64,000 nucleotides of DNA, from positions 7,750,001-7,814,000 of the forward strand of contig CP075497.1 of NCBI GenBank assembly GCA_021613535.1, read 5' to 3'. Position numbers and translations under genes: made by a program. This document shows, piece by piece, positions 23,046 through 36,039 of this stretch (the stretch's first letter is position 1; the number at the start of each line of letters is the position of its first letter). The notes beneath the pieces were generated by a model, which saw only the letters and a program-made list of their open reading frames with translations, searched no databases and was not told the DNA's origin. Source of the DNA: Adineta vaga (taxonomy: Eukaryota; Animalia; Rotifera).

Positions 23046-24635
23046 ATGCGAGTCTATATAATATTGTCGTTTATTGTCACATATTGGTATTGTATAGGTG
23101 CTCTTCAACTTGAATTCTATCCAGGTATACTACCTGACCATCAAACTGGTTCTCGGTTTAATAACACTGCTTGGGCAGTTATTACGCAAGATCCATCAGA
23201 AAGATATCTTACCTATGGACCTTATACGAAGGCATGGAATACGACTGCATCATCGCGTGTTGATTTTTATCTAGGTGTTGATAGTAATGTAGGTGATCCA
23301 TGGAATTTATTAACTGTGGATGTTAATGATGCAGATATGGATCATATACTAACGAGTAGAAATATTTCACGTCTCGATTTTGGTTATGGTAATATTCAAC
23401 CACAGATATTTTCCTTGTATTTTACTAGTACTATTGGACATCAACTTGAATTTCGTATATTCTATCATTGTTGTGGTAAAATTGTTCATTATAAAACAGT
23501 TGTAAATGAACTGGATGGTGGTCGATTAGCAGACATTTTCTCGGGACAAGCAGGATTAGAATTAGTTAGTTCATCCGTATTTCCTACACCTCATGGTGAT
23601 CCTAGTTCAACAGCTATGTGGAATGTAGGCACCTATATCAAACCAATCGATGGAAGATGGTATGTTTTCTACCGAGAAGGTTTCTATGCACCGACTCCAG
23701 ATTTTTGTAATGGTATTGTACCGCTAACACGTATTGCTGTTCGAAATTCAACTGATTATGGGAAAACATGGTCAGAACCTGCTGCTGTCGCACTTCCAGG
23801 CAATTCAACATTTGATAATTGTGCTGCACTGGATGGTGCACCTTTTTATGATAATGAAACAGATACATGGCATTATCTAGCTCAATGTATTGGTAATAAT
23901 CGACGATGGTCTCTCTGTCATTATTCAAGATCTGGACGTAATCCTATGTCAGGTCTTTTTGTACCGAATCCAAGAAATCCTGTTGTTCAAGGTGGTCAAT
24001 TATGGAGTCGAATTTGTTCTGGTACAGGAAAACATTGTACGTTAACAATGTATGATGAAGGTACACCTGAAATTATTCAAAAATTGAATGGTTGGTTTTA
24101 CATCACTTTTCATGGCTGGGATGGACCTAATAATAAAGCAGCTCGTGGTATTGCTCGTACACGAGATTTTGTTATTTATGATGTCGATGGTTATGACCTT
24201 CCCAATGATGCACTATTTTCTCCTTTAGATTGTAATGAATGGAATATAACATGGAATCCTAAAAGTCTATGTGTAGGTGGAGGAGAAGGAAGTATGGTTA
24301 AATCAGGTGACTATTTTTATCATTTAATTGAAGCTCCTGATGGAACATTAAATTGTGATACGACATTAGGTGAACAAAATTGGGTATTAGGTTTATTGAG
24401 ATCCCCAACATTAAGTGCTCGATCAGGTGAATGGGAACAAATACATTTAAATCCTGCATTTAAACCGGCAAAAAAATATGGTTGTGGATTACAATATCAT
24501 CGAGTTTTTCGTGACGGCAATGATTACTTCTTCTCGATGTTTGTTATTGATTTTGGAGTAAATAATCTAACTATGAAGATATGGAAAGTAGTACCTGGAA
24601 AGACATCTTTTCCTGTGATTGTTGGGTATCCATAA
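23046..24635 (+). CDS. Intronless secreted glycoside-hydrolase-like beta-propeller protein with N-terminal CBM-like domain; HGT candidate
   Basis: 529-aa ORF; signal peptide; YGPYT..LEFRIFY beta-sandwich; Asp-box STDYGKTW; DGAPFYD, NPRNPVV, EGTPEI and WFYITFHG..GIART.DF repeats typical of five-bladed GH32/43/130-type propellers. Confidence 0.65.
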   Translation: MRVYIILSFIVTYWYCIGALQLEFYPGILPDHQTGSRFNNTAWAVITQDPSERYLTYGPYTKAWNTTASSRVDFYLGVDSNVGDPWNLLTVDVNDADMDHILTSRNISRLDFGYGNIQPQIFSLYFTSTIGHQLEFRIFYHCCGKIVHYKTVVNELDGGRLADIFSGQAGLELVSSSVFPTPHGDPSSTAMWNVGTYIKPIDGRWYVFYREGFYAPTPDFCNGIVPLTRIAVRNSTDYGKTWSEPAAVALPGNSTFDNCAALDGAPFYDNETDTWHYLAQCIGNNRRWSLCHYSRSGRNPMSGLFVPNPRNPVVQGGQLWSRICSGTGKHCTLTMYDEGTPEIIQKLNGWFYITFHGWDGPNNKAARGIARTRDFVIYDVDGYDLPNDALFSPLDCNEWNITWNPKSLCVGGGEGSMVKSGDYFYHLIEAPDGTLNCDTTLGEQNWVLGLLRSPTLSARSGEWEQIHLNPAFKPAKKYGCGLQYHRVFRDGNDYFFSMFVIDFGVNNLTMKIWKVVPGKTSFPVIVGYP

Positions 24636-25976
24636 CTTTTATTCCCTATCCTCGATTTTTTTCTCCGCGGATTACATTAATTCTAAAATTTCACAGTACT
24701 TGTATGATGTTTTCTATTTGATCTAATTACAACAAAAAGGATTACATCAACGATGCAAAAAAATGCAGAATATGAGTAATTGATCCATCTCATGCCTACA
24801 TTTCTTTCGATATTTTATGAGAGATAAGTATAAGAATTTTTCCTATGATAAAATGATCGTTTAATGAAGGAAAATAATATCGATCTTTCTTATCATTTTA
24901 TCTTTCGTCTTGTTTCTTAATAAAAGATTCGATGTCATGGCGATGTATTTTGATAAACAAGTCAAATTTTCACTGTCATCTATCAAATGAAAGGAGGATA
25001 TGCGCTAGCGGAGGGTATTTACTTGATTCCGACGATGACGACGACTCTGAAACCGACTCCATGCTGGGCTCTACTTGGGAGGCAGTGAAACTTCAAAATT
25101 AATATAAATTCTCAGGAATTTATGAAATACAACGAATAGAAAAGAATTATGAGTTTATGAATATGTTTTTGTAGCTTTATGTTGAGAGACATTTGTTAAT
25201 ATTGTTCGAAAATTCAGTTCACTTTTATAAACTACTCGTACAAATAAATTAAAAAAATCGATTTTACATAGAGATTATAAATACTTAACAAGATTCAAAT
25301 AAATTCATAATATTAATTAAATGTAAGAAATAAGAGACCCAACATGTTCGAAAGCCAATTGAATGATAACTGCACAAACATATAATAAATTCACTTTCGA
25401 TTATAGATACATTTTTCCTTATATGCTAATACATTTAATCAGAACTATAATGAAAGACATAGTAGAATCCGCTATCAGTCAATGTTTTCATGTGAACTTG
25501 AAAAAGTCAACTAGACTAATAATAATATCAGTTTATATTAGTCTAAAGAGAAATACGATAATAGTAAAAATAATACAACTTTCAAGATTATCTAATGATC
25601 ACTAATCATATAGACAAGATATTTTGTATTACGCGAGCTTTTATTTTGTGGCATCACATCACACAAAAATTGTCTTTGAAAAAAAAACAGATAATCAAAA
25701 ACCAACTGAACCCAATGTGTTTATCGTCTATTTCTCTTTGATTGAAACCATCTAGCAATGAATACATAAAAATGCAAACAAAGAAAAAAGAGTAAATATA
25801 TCGAGGAAGAGAAGAAAAGAAAAGTATAAACTCAATAATATACATAAACAAATAAACCGAGCACCGGACATTGAATAGTGCGGTAAAAAAAGAGAGTATT
25901 ATGCGAAATAATCGATCAATAGATGATCACTGTTTTAAAAATGAAAATTAAACGAAATAAAAAATAAAATTATACT

Positions 25977-28900
25977 CTAATAGGTTTCATCGACTTCATT
26001 ACAATCGTGATCGAATTCTTCGCATTTTTCACAATAGAGTCTTGGTGGTGGAAGAATTCGTTCACGTGATTGATGATCTCCATGAGATTGTTCATCAATA
26101 ATTGAACTTTGTTTTGGACAATCATCTGTGTCATGTTGATCAAATACTTCACACATGTCACCTAAAAGCAAAAAAAGATTTTCGACAAACTAAATCAATA
26201 AAGAATATTTTGATTTACAATAAAGTCGAGGAGCAGATGATTTTGCATGACTTGTAGTTGTTTGAGAAAATTCATCATCTCCAATGTATGGATTTTTTTG
26301 AAATTCAATTTCTTTCTTCAAACTTTCATTTGTATTACGTAAATCTACGATTACATCATTAAGAAAATTGATTTGACCTTCTAATGTTGATCGATCATCT
26401 TTAACAGAATTCGCATCTAATTGTTTTTGTAATTTTTCAATTTGAAATCGTGCTTCTGTAAGTTCATATTCAAGTTGTTTAACATTGCTATTCGTTGTTG
26501 AAGCAGGTTGACTACCCGAATCTTTGAAGAAAAATTTTAAATTGAAAATATCGTTTAGTAGAAAAAAAAACAATGAACTTACTAGCTTGAATAGCTTGTT
26601 GAAGTTGAGTTTTTAAACGAAGTTTTTCTTGTTCGTGATCAAGCTTACTATTTTCTGTTTCGACACGAAATTGACCTAGGGAAGAAAAAAAAAGTCTGTT
26701 TAAAGAAGAGTTATTCAATTGGATATTAAATTTACTCTTAAGTAGAACAACCTCATTGTCATATTCTTCTACTTTTTCTTTCAAGATTTTCTCTTGATTC
26801 TGTTTATCTTCTGTTCGTTGTCGTTCGAATTCTGCATGTTGTTTTACTTGTTTTTCAATTAATTCAGCTTGAATTTGTTGCATATCATTGATTTGTTTTG
26901 TTAATTGATCAATTAACGCTTGTTTTTCATTAACAATATTATCATTTGTATTTTTCAATTGTTCATTTGATGTCAAATGTTTTTGATATTCATTTTGAAG
27001 TTCTTGATGTTTTGTTTGTAAATCTTGAAAATCTTTCTTCAATGTTTCGTTAATACTTTTGATTTCTTCATATTCTTTTGTTAAATGTTCCGACTAAATC
27101 AAGAGAAGTGATTGTTGAAAAACTTTTTTTGTTAGAAAAAACTTACACGTTGATTTAATTCATTGTGAATTTGATGTTTTTCATCGAATTCTTTTTGTAA
27201 CTGGTTCAATTTTACTTCATGTTCATGTTGGTTACGTTCGATCTGTTGATGTAATTCTGTGTTTTCTTTGTTTATTTGTTCGAGTTTAGAATGAATTTCT
27301 TTCAATTTTTGATCTTTTTCAGTGAATTCATTGACTTTTGCTTGTTCTATAAGAACAAAATATGAATTATCAAGAAAATCGGAAGACAAACTTTGATTTT
27401 CTAATTCATCGATTTGTTGTTTGAACTGTTGTTTCAATGTATCAATTTCATCGTTGAATTTCTTCTCATTCGATGTTTTTTCTTCTTGTAATTTAGTAAA
27501 TTCATTTCGTAGATCTTGTGTTTCACGAACAGCTTGATCGCGTTTTGTTTGATATTCTTTTATTTGTGCTTCATAATGAGTTTCACGTTCGTTCGAAGCC
27601 ATATTTTGAGTACGATCTATCCGAGATAAAAACTACAAAAGGAGAAACGATGGATAAGAAAATCAAACCTCGATCTTGTAATTCTGTTAGTTCAGTTTTA
27701 AGTAATGCATATTGTCTTTCATAATCTTGTTTTAATATATTTATAGTATCAGTATATTTCTTTTCATTGGAAAGTTTTTCTTCTTGGAATTTTGTCAATT
27801 CGGATTGCATAGTTTGAATCTGATCGGTAGATTGATTTAATTTACTTTGATATTCTTTTATCTGAGTATCAAATAGAGATTCACGTTCAGTCAATGTTGC
27901 ACTTGATTGCTGTTCTATAAAAAAAAAATCAAGTTTTCTATAATGTGTTAGATCGAAAGGTATGAATTTGAAATAACCTCGTTCAGTAAGTTGATTTTGA
28001 AGTTTTTCATGATCTTGTTTGAATGTATTGATTGACTCATTCATTTGTTTTTCTTTTCTAACGTTCTCTTCTTGAATTTGTTTTAATTCGGTTCGAACTT
28101 TTTCTGTTTCATCTGTAGCTTGAGAAAGTTTCGATTGATATTCTTTGATTTGTTGTTCATAATGTGATTCACGTTCATTAACAGCAAGATTTGCTGTACG
28201 ATCTAAGCAAATATAAGAGAAGAAATATTAAAAAGAATGAGAAGAGAATCTTATACCTCGATTTTCTAATTCTAATTTTAATGTTTGACATTGTTTTTCT
28301 AATTCAGGAACAATATTTTCTTGATGTCGTTTTATTTCATTCAATAAATCATTGATTTGTTTTTCATTTGATTCTTTCGTCTGTTGTGATGCTGTTAGTT
28401 GAGTTTGTAGCTGAAAGAAAAAGTATAATGAAAGTTCAATTTTCCATCGAAAACTTGTGTTTTAGATAGACAAATACTTCTTGAATTTCTTTGGTTGACT
28501 GATCAAGTTTTGATTGTTGTTGTTCAAACAGAGTTTCTTTTTCTGACAGAGCAGATGTTTTATTTTGTTCTATGAAATTGAGTGAATGAATTCAGAAAAC
28601 AAAAGGTTTCTTTTCGTCTTACCTTTCTTTTGAAGTTCAGTAATTTGTAATTTAAGTTGATCAATTTCTTGTTGTTTTTCATTTTTTAATTGTTCAAAAA
28701 GATTTTTCATTTCTTGATCTTTTTCATTAAGTTTTGTTTCATATTCAGATTTAATTGTATCGTTATTATTCGTTTGTTTAGTCTTTAATTCTTCATTATA
28801 TTTTTGTTCTAACTCATGAAAACGAGATTTATAATCATTTTCATTGGATTCATTTAATCGTTTTAATTCTTGTCGATGTTCATCTTGTATAGTTTGTTTT

Positions 28901-30485
28901 TCTAAAACTAATTTTTGATTAGTTGATTCAAGTTCTAAAACTTTTTCTTTAATTTGTTCATAGATTTCCATATCTTTAGGTGACAATAATCGATGACCTT
29001 CAGGAATCGTTGAATTAGTTGATTGTTCTTTATTGGTATCCGTTAATTTATATTCTTCTAGTTGAAATTCTAAATCTTCAATACGTTGTTGATTTTGATA
29101 TTGTTCTTTTTTCAATTGTTCATTTTCTAAGTCTTTTGTATCGTATTGTTGTTTGAAAGCTAACATACGACTTTCCATTTCGTCAACTTGTTGTGCTGCA
29201 CGTGAAAATTCTAGACGATCTTGCTCACGTTGTGATTGAAGTTTTTCAATAAAAATATCTTTTTCTTTGAGTGTTTGAACTAAGTTTCCTACTTGATTGG
29301 ATGAGGGAGTTACAGCAGCTAAAGTCGCAGCTGCCTGTGTTAATAATGTTTTGGTATTTGGTGTACTATAAAGATTTGTATTGGTCGGTAGTTTTGGTTG
29401 TTGAGGTTTAGCTGGTGTTCGAGTTGGTATTCGACTTATACTATTTGATGATGCAGAAAATTCCGATAGATTTGATTGAAGAGATTCCTGACTTGTAGAT
29501 CGATGTAAAGGACGATTATTATTTATACTTGAAGCAACTGAATCTTTTCGTGCATTAATCTGAGATTGAGTCATATCTCCTGTGACTTTTTCTACACGTG
29601 CCAACGGAGAAAAAAGTCCATAACGTTGTTGACATGTGAAATATCGTTTTCCACTAACACTACCGTCATTTTTACCCAATGGTTCTTCAAGTTGTATACC
29701 ACACCAAGTACCTTCAGCGACATGAATTTTCCCAAGATATTTAAGTATACCAAACTTAGTTCCACTAACAACTACTCGATCACCTACATGAAGTTCTGTT
29801 GACGAAGATGGTTCAGCTGATGTCGGTTGATTGTTTTTAGGGATATTAGTATCTGTTACTGTTGTATTTACTGGTGTAGTACTAGCATCAGGTTCTACGA
29901 TGAAAAACAAAATATGCATGATAGATTCGAAATAGGACGAAATACCTTTTTCTGGATCAACTGTTGATGGTGCTTCTCCATTGCCACTATCACTATTGTT
30001 AGCACCATTTTGAGCAAGACGTTGTACTTTTGCTGGTCGACAGAATAGACCACGATTTGATTCAGTTTCAAAGTACCGAGCACCTTCATATGAACCATCT
30101 TAAAAAAACAATCATATCAATGTGTGATATTATCTCTTCGTCTATTTACCATTTTTTCCTTGTGCTTCATCAAGAATAACTCCAATCCATTCTCCTAAAT
30201 ATTTACAGAATGAGTTTACTTATTTCTGTGATTAATTCTTCAATTCTATTATACCCTCAGCGAATTTGGTTGGACCAATAAATGCTACGGCGCCCGCTTG
30301 CCATTTGCAGTGACTCGATCACCAATAGTAAATGAATTAGCAGATGAATCTCCGGCAGTTGGACTGATTTGTTGAGATGAAGTTGGATTGGTTGATGTTT
30401 GTTGTGGAGGTCGAAGACCAGATTTGAGAGTAGCTGTATTTTTTGATGGTGTAATTGGTAAACGACTAGTTGGTAATTTACTCAT
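25977..30485 (-). CDS. CLIP1: CLIP-170/CLIP1 (two CAP-Gly domains, coiled coil, two zinc knuckles, C-terminal DETY); apparent 1-nt frameshift in exon 1
   Basis: GKNDGS in both CAP-Gly domains; RLYCDMCEVFDQHDTDDC and RLYCEKCEEFDHDC knuckles; EEY/F-type end; long heptad exons. Confidence 0.92.
27390..28210 (-). repeat. Three tandemly duplicated coiled-coil exons in CLIP1
   Basis: ERESHYEQQIKEYQSKL, ERESLFDTQIKEYQSKL and ERETHYEAQIKEYQTKR at ~290-nt spacing, each preceded by an exon ending CGAG|GT. Confidence 0.7.
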
Positions 30486-30703
30486 TCTAAAAAAAAGCTG
30501 CGTTTACTATCTACAACAGTGTTTTTTGTCAAAGTTATAAGAAGAAAGATGTATTTACACACACACGAACAAGAAAGAGATTTCGTTTATTATTTCGTGG
30601 TTCTCATCATGACGTTTTCAACGTCAAAATCCTGAGTATATGAAAAGAAAAAAAGTCATTTTTGTTTATAAAAAAAATATTCATTTTCAAGTTTGTACAA
30701 TTT

Positions 30704-31159
30704 TTATTTCGACCGATGAATAACACTACGTATTTCCTTATCGCTTAATGGTATACCAGCAAGAACTTTTTCGATAATATCTGAATGTTGTCTGTCACTT
30801 TTTGTTGGAGTCGTATTCGAACGACTATTGCTTGATGCACTAGATTGTTTAGTTTGAGGAAATACTTTATTGTAATAATCATTGGTAACTTTTGGTGGTG
30901 GTGGTAGTGGTGGTGCTGTTGTTGGAATTGGTGCATGGATTCGTGGTGGTCGTTCGATACGTGTTGAACTTAGTTTTGGATTGAGAATTGCACTCATATC
31001 AATATCATTTTCATCATCTTCATCTTGGTAATAAGAAGGTTTGTTTTTTGGTCGAGTTGAAATAGTACCGAACGTTTTTAATGTTGGTGTCCCTAAAATA
31101 GAGAAGAATTTATATATATACAGAAACAAAATACCATGTAGTGAGAGTCGCATCATTCT
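30704..31159 (-). CDS. Small proline-rich hypothetical protein, or alternative 3' exons of the VRK gene
   Basis: Clear last exon 31092-30704 (acidic patch, PPLPPPP, ends IHRSK*) with a GT-AG intron upstream; start codon uncertain. Confidence 0.45.
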   Translation of the reverse strand, partial: RMMRLSLHGILFLYIYKFFSILGTPTLKTFGTISTRPKNKPSYYQDEDDENDIDMSAILNPKLSSTRIERPPRIHAPIPTTAPPLPPPPKVTNDYYNKVFPQTKQSSASSNSRSNTTPTKSDRQHSDIIEKVLAGIPLSDKEIRSVIHRSK

Positions 31160-31285
31160 TATGATCAAATTTGCAGTCGTAGTTTTTGGGTTGACGAAAT
31201 ATGAAAGAATCTCATTATGTTTTTATCATCTTCAAGATTTCTCTATGTGTATGAATATTTATTGAAAACACTTAAAACAAAAGTA

Positions 31286-32614
31286 TCATTGGCATTTTTT
31301 CCTTTTGACAGATCTCAACTTCTTCTGTGAGCGAGCACGCTTACGTGCAGAAAGTATTTGAATCGATGGTGATGGTGAACGTGTTTCATTTCGACTTTTT
31401 CTTCGATCACGATCACCTGAAACACTTCTTGCGCGAGTTGTTGATGCAGCTGTTGCTGTTGTTGTCGTGGAACGACGTGTTGATTTTCTTTTTAATTGGG
31501 GTGGTTCTTTTTTTTCTTCTTCCTCTTCTTTATCTTCCATATCATCATTATCTAAATCCACTAATGGTTTTCTTGATGAAACAGCTCCAATTGAGGAACG
31601 TCTTTGTCGAGCTTTTCCCGTGATAATTTCTCTTAAACGTCGATAATCACCTTTATCTGTATAATTCATTTGTATCGTTTCACGGAAAAATTGTGTTAAT
31701 GTATCTAACATTTTTGAAGAAATCGACGTTTTACTTGTAAATATACTTCGTACAAAACCAGCTGGATCACTACGTGCCGTCATTTTTGCTTGTTGAACAC
31801 GTGCACCATCAGTTATTGTTATCCATGGTAAACGTGCACCAAGCCAATGTAACATATTATAGAAAAGAATTTCCAAATCACCACGAAACGATGGTACAGC
31901 ACCACGATGAACATCTAACGATGTAAATTCTAAAGTACCTTCATGTCTTCGTTGAATTTTTTCTTCATATTGTAATGAAACTTTTCGACTAAGTCCATAA
32001 TCAAGTAAATAAATATACTGATTATCATTCATAAGAATATTTTCAGCTTTGATATCAGCATGTATATAACCATGAGAGTGAATATATTCAAAAATATCTA
32101 ATAATTGTTTACCAATTGATTGTACACGTTTTTCATCGAGACAATGTCCAACATTTGTACTTGTTAATTGAAGTTCGGCAGCAAGTGTTTGTTTATAACG
32201 TGGAATAATTAAGAATCGATAACGACGTTTCGATGTTAAACTATCATGCATTCCATGAGCAATTAATTGTGGTATTCCAAGATGATCAAGTTGATTTGCT
32301 TTAATAAATGTATCTTGTAATGTTTTCTTTCCTAATTGTAAATAAAAATGCATTTCACAAAAAAGTGGACCGTTAGAATCAGGTTCAACTTTCACAACAT
32401 AGACAGGAGTTTTCGATGATGTACTACGACATTCATAGATACAACCAAAACCACCTTGTCCAATTGGTTGACCAATTGACCAGGTTTTTCGACATAGATC
32501 CGTAAGTATTGTACCATTAGAAAATGGTTCAGCTAATTCATATAAAGCAGCACTTGTTTTTTTTCGACCCCCAGCAGCTGATGCGCCATTCGCTGCTGTT
32601 CGTTTCGGTGGCAT
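31286..32614 (-). CDS. VRK1: Vaccinia-related kinase (VRK1/ballchen-like)
   Basis: IGQGGFGCIY, VVKVEPDSNGPLFCEMHFY, HADIKAENIL, DYGL, HEGTLEFTSLDVH.G and RGDLEIL.YN..WL..LPW; basic R/S tail. Confidence 0.9.
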   Translation of the reverse strand: MPPKRTAANGASAAGGRKKTSAALYELAEPFSNGTILTDLCRKTWSIGQPIGQGGFGCIYECRSTSSKTPVYVVKVEPDSNGPLFCEMHFYLQLGKKTLQDTFIKANQLDHLGIPQLIAHGMHDSLTSKRRYRFLIIPRYKQTLAAELQLTSTNVGHCLDEKRVQSIGKQLLDIFEYIHSHGYIHADIKAENILMNDNQYIYLLDYGLSRKVSLQYEEKIQRRHEGTLEFTSLDVHRGAVPSFRGDLEILFYNMLHWLGARLPWITITDGARVQQAKMTARSDPAGFVRSIFTSKTSISSKMLDTLTQFFRETIQMNYTDKGDYRRLREIITGKARQRRSSIGAVSSRKPLVDLDNDDMEDKEEEEEKKEPPQLKRKSTRRSTTTTATAASTTRARSVSGDRDRRKSRNETRSPSPSIQILSARKRARSQKKLRSVKRKKCQ

Positions 32615-33059
32615 AATCTTAAAATACAAATAAACAAACACAAAGAAAAGGAGTTTTTATCGATCATTCTTGATTTTCCAGTAAAGATATATGTATATTT
32701 TTTTAAAAGAAAAGGCAAACAAATTTCTTCTGGACTAACAAGCTTTTCTCTCTATGAATGTTTGTTTTCATGAATATACATTCTACGGAAAAAAAATCAA
32801 AGTACCAACACATACAAAGAAGAATAAACAGAGAGAATAACATATACTGTTTTATAAAAACAAACAAACATTTTATATACAATGTACGTATGTTTATATG
32901 GGAGGATAGTGTTAAAGTGATTTTTCCATTCGTCTAATGTGAATTAATTTTGTTTTTCTCGCTTCACTGTAATTGATCTATTTCTGGTTACTTTCCTATC
33001 ACATTGAATATACAAAAAGAAAGAAGAGAAAAGTTGAATATATTTAACACAAAGATAGA

Positions 33060-35797
33060 TTATGTTTTTGGGTTAGTTGTTGATTCAGTTGGTGGAATAA
33101 AGACACCAAAACCGAGTAATAGATTACGACGAGTAAAATGTATCAAGGAAGTTGATGTTCGTTTTGTACGATAGGTAACAAGTTCATATTTATTTGATGG
33201 AGTGACACGTTGAACAGTTTCTAATTTACCATCATCTTTATCTTTAATTAATTGACCGAAATTCCATATACGAATGGAGAAATCTACACTACCCGTACAT
33301 AAAATTGAACCATCACGAGAAAGATCCTAGATGAAAGAAAAATAAAACAACGCTTGTCTTTTTTCAACTCATAGATTTTATTCTTACCATAGAGAAAATC
33401 GCATCAGAATGTCCAAGTAAACAAGTTACTAAAGATCCATTACTACAATCCCAAATCATAATTTGTCTATCATAACCAGCTGATATTAAATATCGTCCAT
33501 CACGAGAAAATTTCATAATACAAACATTCAATTTATGTCCAGACATTTGCCTAATCGGTTTTATTTGTTGTCCATCTTTGCCTTCTAATAAATCCCATAT
33601 TTTTAAAACACGATCTGACGATGATGTTGCAATATAATTCGAATTCGGATGAAAACATAATGTTTCCATATCATTACATCCATCCGTATAAATTCGTAAG
33701 GTTTGAGCATGTTCTATGCACCATAAACGTGCTGTTTTATCAAGTGAACATGAAGCAAAATAATGACCAAATGGACCAAATTGAACATCAAACACAGGTT
33801 GAGTATGACCACGAAATGTTAGTAAACATGACCAGGTTAATAAACTCCATAGACGAATCGTACAATCTTCTGAACATGAAAGTAGAAACCATTTTTCACG
33901 TGACATAGATAAACCATAGATAGGTCCTGTATGTCCACATAACATTCGTTGATTATAAAGTATATCCGAATCTTGATTTGAATTCGTATTATCTTTACTA
34001 TCATCATTAGTCATCATTTGTTCATAGATATGTTCATTAGATTTATCTAATCTTTCAAGTTCTGTTGGAAGTTTCATTGTTACTAATTTTCGACGATTTA
34101 AGGAATAAACATATATAGTCGAATTTTTACCACCAACAGCAAGTAATGTTGAATCTTCGGATATTTCTTTTAATTTGAAATAGATAAATAACAGCAAAGT
34201 TCTCTGGATTTTAGTTAAACTTACCGAGACAATTGATCTCTAGATAACCATTCAATAAGGTATAATAACAACAAGACGGTAAATTCTCCGGTGTGATTTT
34301 TAACATTCGAGAATAATCTTCTATAAATAGAAAAACATGTTATTACTTGAACTGAAGTTAATCATGTATATATGAAGTAATTAAAGAAATGTCATAAGAA
34401 AAACAAAGAAAGAAATGAATCATCAAAAGAAATTACTGAAGCAAGATAAGTACAGATGATTAGATAAATATTAATAGACTTTTTTTTGTTTACTTCTGCA
34501 ATGAAATGAATAAACTTACCTTGAAATGTATTGATTAAATCTGTGCGTTCATGTTCTCTTAATTCTGGAATTGGTATACGCGTCAGTGGTGGTGCATTTG
34601 GATCAACTTTTAACGAAGCTTTACTCTGTCGTTGATTGAAAAAATCTTTCTTAAGTTTTTTTCGATTTTTTGATGTCGATGGTTGATCATCACCAATACC
34701 ATCTTCATTATCTGCACCTGACGATGATGCAAGAAGTGCTTTATGTTGTAATATTCGTGTGAGATCATGATCTCTCAATAATCCATAATACATTCGACTT
34801 GTATTATCTTCAGTTTTGATTTCACCAAGACGGCCACCACTTAGCAAACGTTGAGTTTCAGCATTGCGTGCACTACCATCATTAATTTCAAGCTAAAGAA
34901 AAAATTTAAAAAAAAAGAAGAGCAATCTATTAAATGAGAAGAAACAAAATGATTTACTTGAAAATATGCTTGAACAATCTTCGTTAATAAGGGATATTTT
35001 TGTTGTTTAATTAAGAATTGATCAAGTAACTCGAGTGAAGCATTACATAATTTAATCCAATAACGTCCATTATGACGAAACGATTTGACATATTCACTTT
35101 GTGCTATCTGTTCTTTAGTTATCAAAGATTTAATACGAAAAAGATCATCTATATGCGCAGCAAACACCGTCGCTTGTAGATTAGTATTTATCACATAAGT
35201 CATAAAAAATCGTTGTGCTTCTTCTGAATGATCTTTTTCAACTAAATCTAAATACATATGAACAAATAATGGATAGATTAGTTGAGAAAATTCATGTCGA
35301 GTAGTATCAGGTTGTTCTTGAACATATGCAATGTAGCCATCCAAAGCTGTAAAAGAGGGTTCACTAAACGAGGAAATTGTCTTGTTAAATAGTGATTGAT
35401 ATTCTTTTTTGAATATTTCCATCGATTGTGTCATATTATTCTCTTGTAATAGACGAAAAATCTTTTCATATTCTTCTGGAGGAATCGGTTGAGATTGAGA
35501 TGTTGTTCGAGGAGGAATAGGTACTCGTTGTTGAGCTGATTGATTCGAAGACAAAGAAGTAGTACCATTTAGATTTATGGATGTTGATATACCAGTATTC
35601 GATGTTGACGAAAGAATATTTGTTGATGATGCCATGGATTGTTGACTAGAATTCATATTATTAGTATTGGTATTATTATTTGGAACTATAAATGACATTT
35701 TCGACGCATTGGATGGAAGTAATAGAACATTATTTGATGATAAAGAATTAGTTGGATTTGATATTTGATTTTGAGGTGATGAAGAAGGAAAATGCAT
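33060..35797 (-). CDS. TAF5: TFIID subunit TAF5
   Basis: NTD2 motif EFSQLIYPLFVHMYLDLV; DPNAPPLTRIPIPEL; LPSCCY; WD40 repeats (GHTGPIY, EDCTIRLWSL, FHPNSNYIAT); C-terminal TKRT..HFTRRNLL. Confidence 0.93.
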
Positions 35798-36039
35798 GAT
35801 CTAAGATATCTTGTCTTATTCAAGTACTACCCATTCATTGAATAGAATTTGTTTGATATCTAAAATTCGAGAATATAGAATTAATCAAATATCTTTGTTG
35901 TTTTGTTTTCACAAGAGAAAAAAAATATCTGATCATCTTTTATTTCCGATTATATATGGAAAATTTCTTTTTTTTCTGTTTTTAAATAACAAATAACTTT
36001 TCTAACGAGAATAACAAATCATTTCGAATGTGTTTTTTT

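Noticed and set aside
24930-25105. GC-richer patch encoding DSDDDDDSETDS
   Set aside because: No coherent start or splice structure; at most a gene remnant.
34841-34882. Apparent frame break between TAF5 ORFs
   Set aside because: Explained by a normal intron; LEINDGSARNAETQRLLSGG is continuous.
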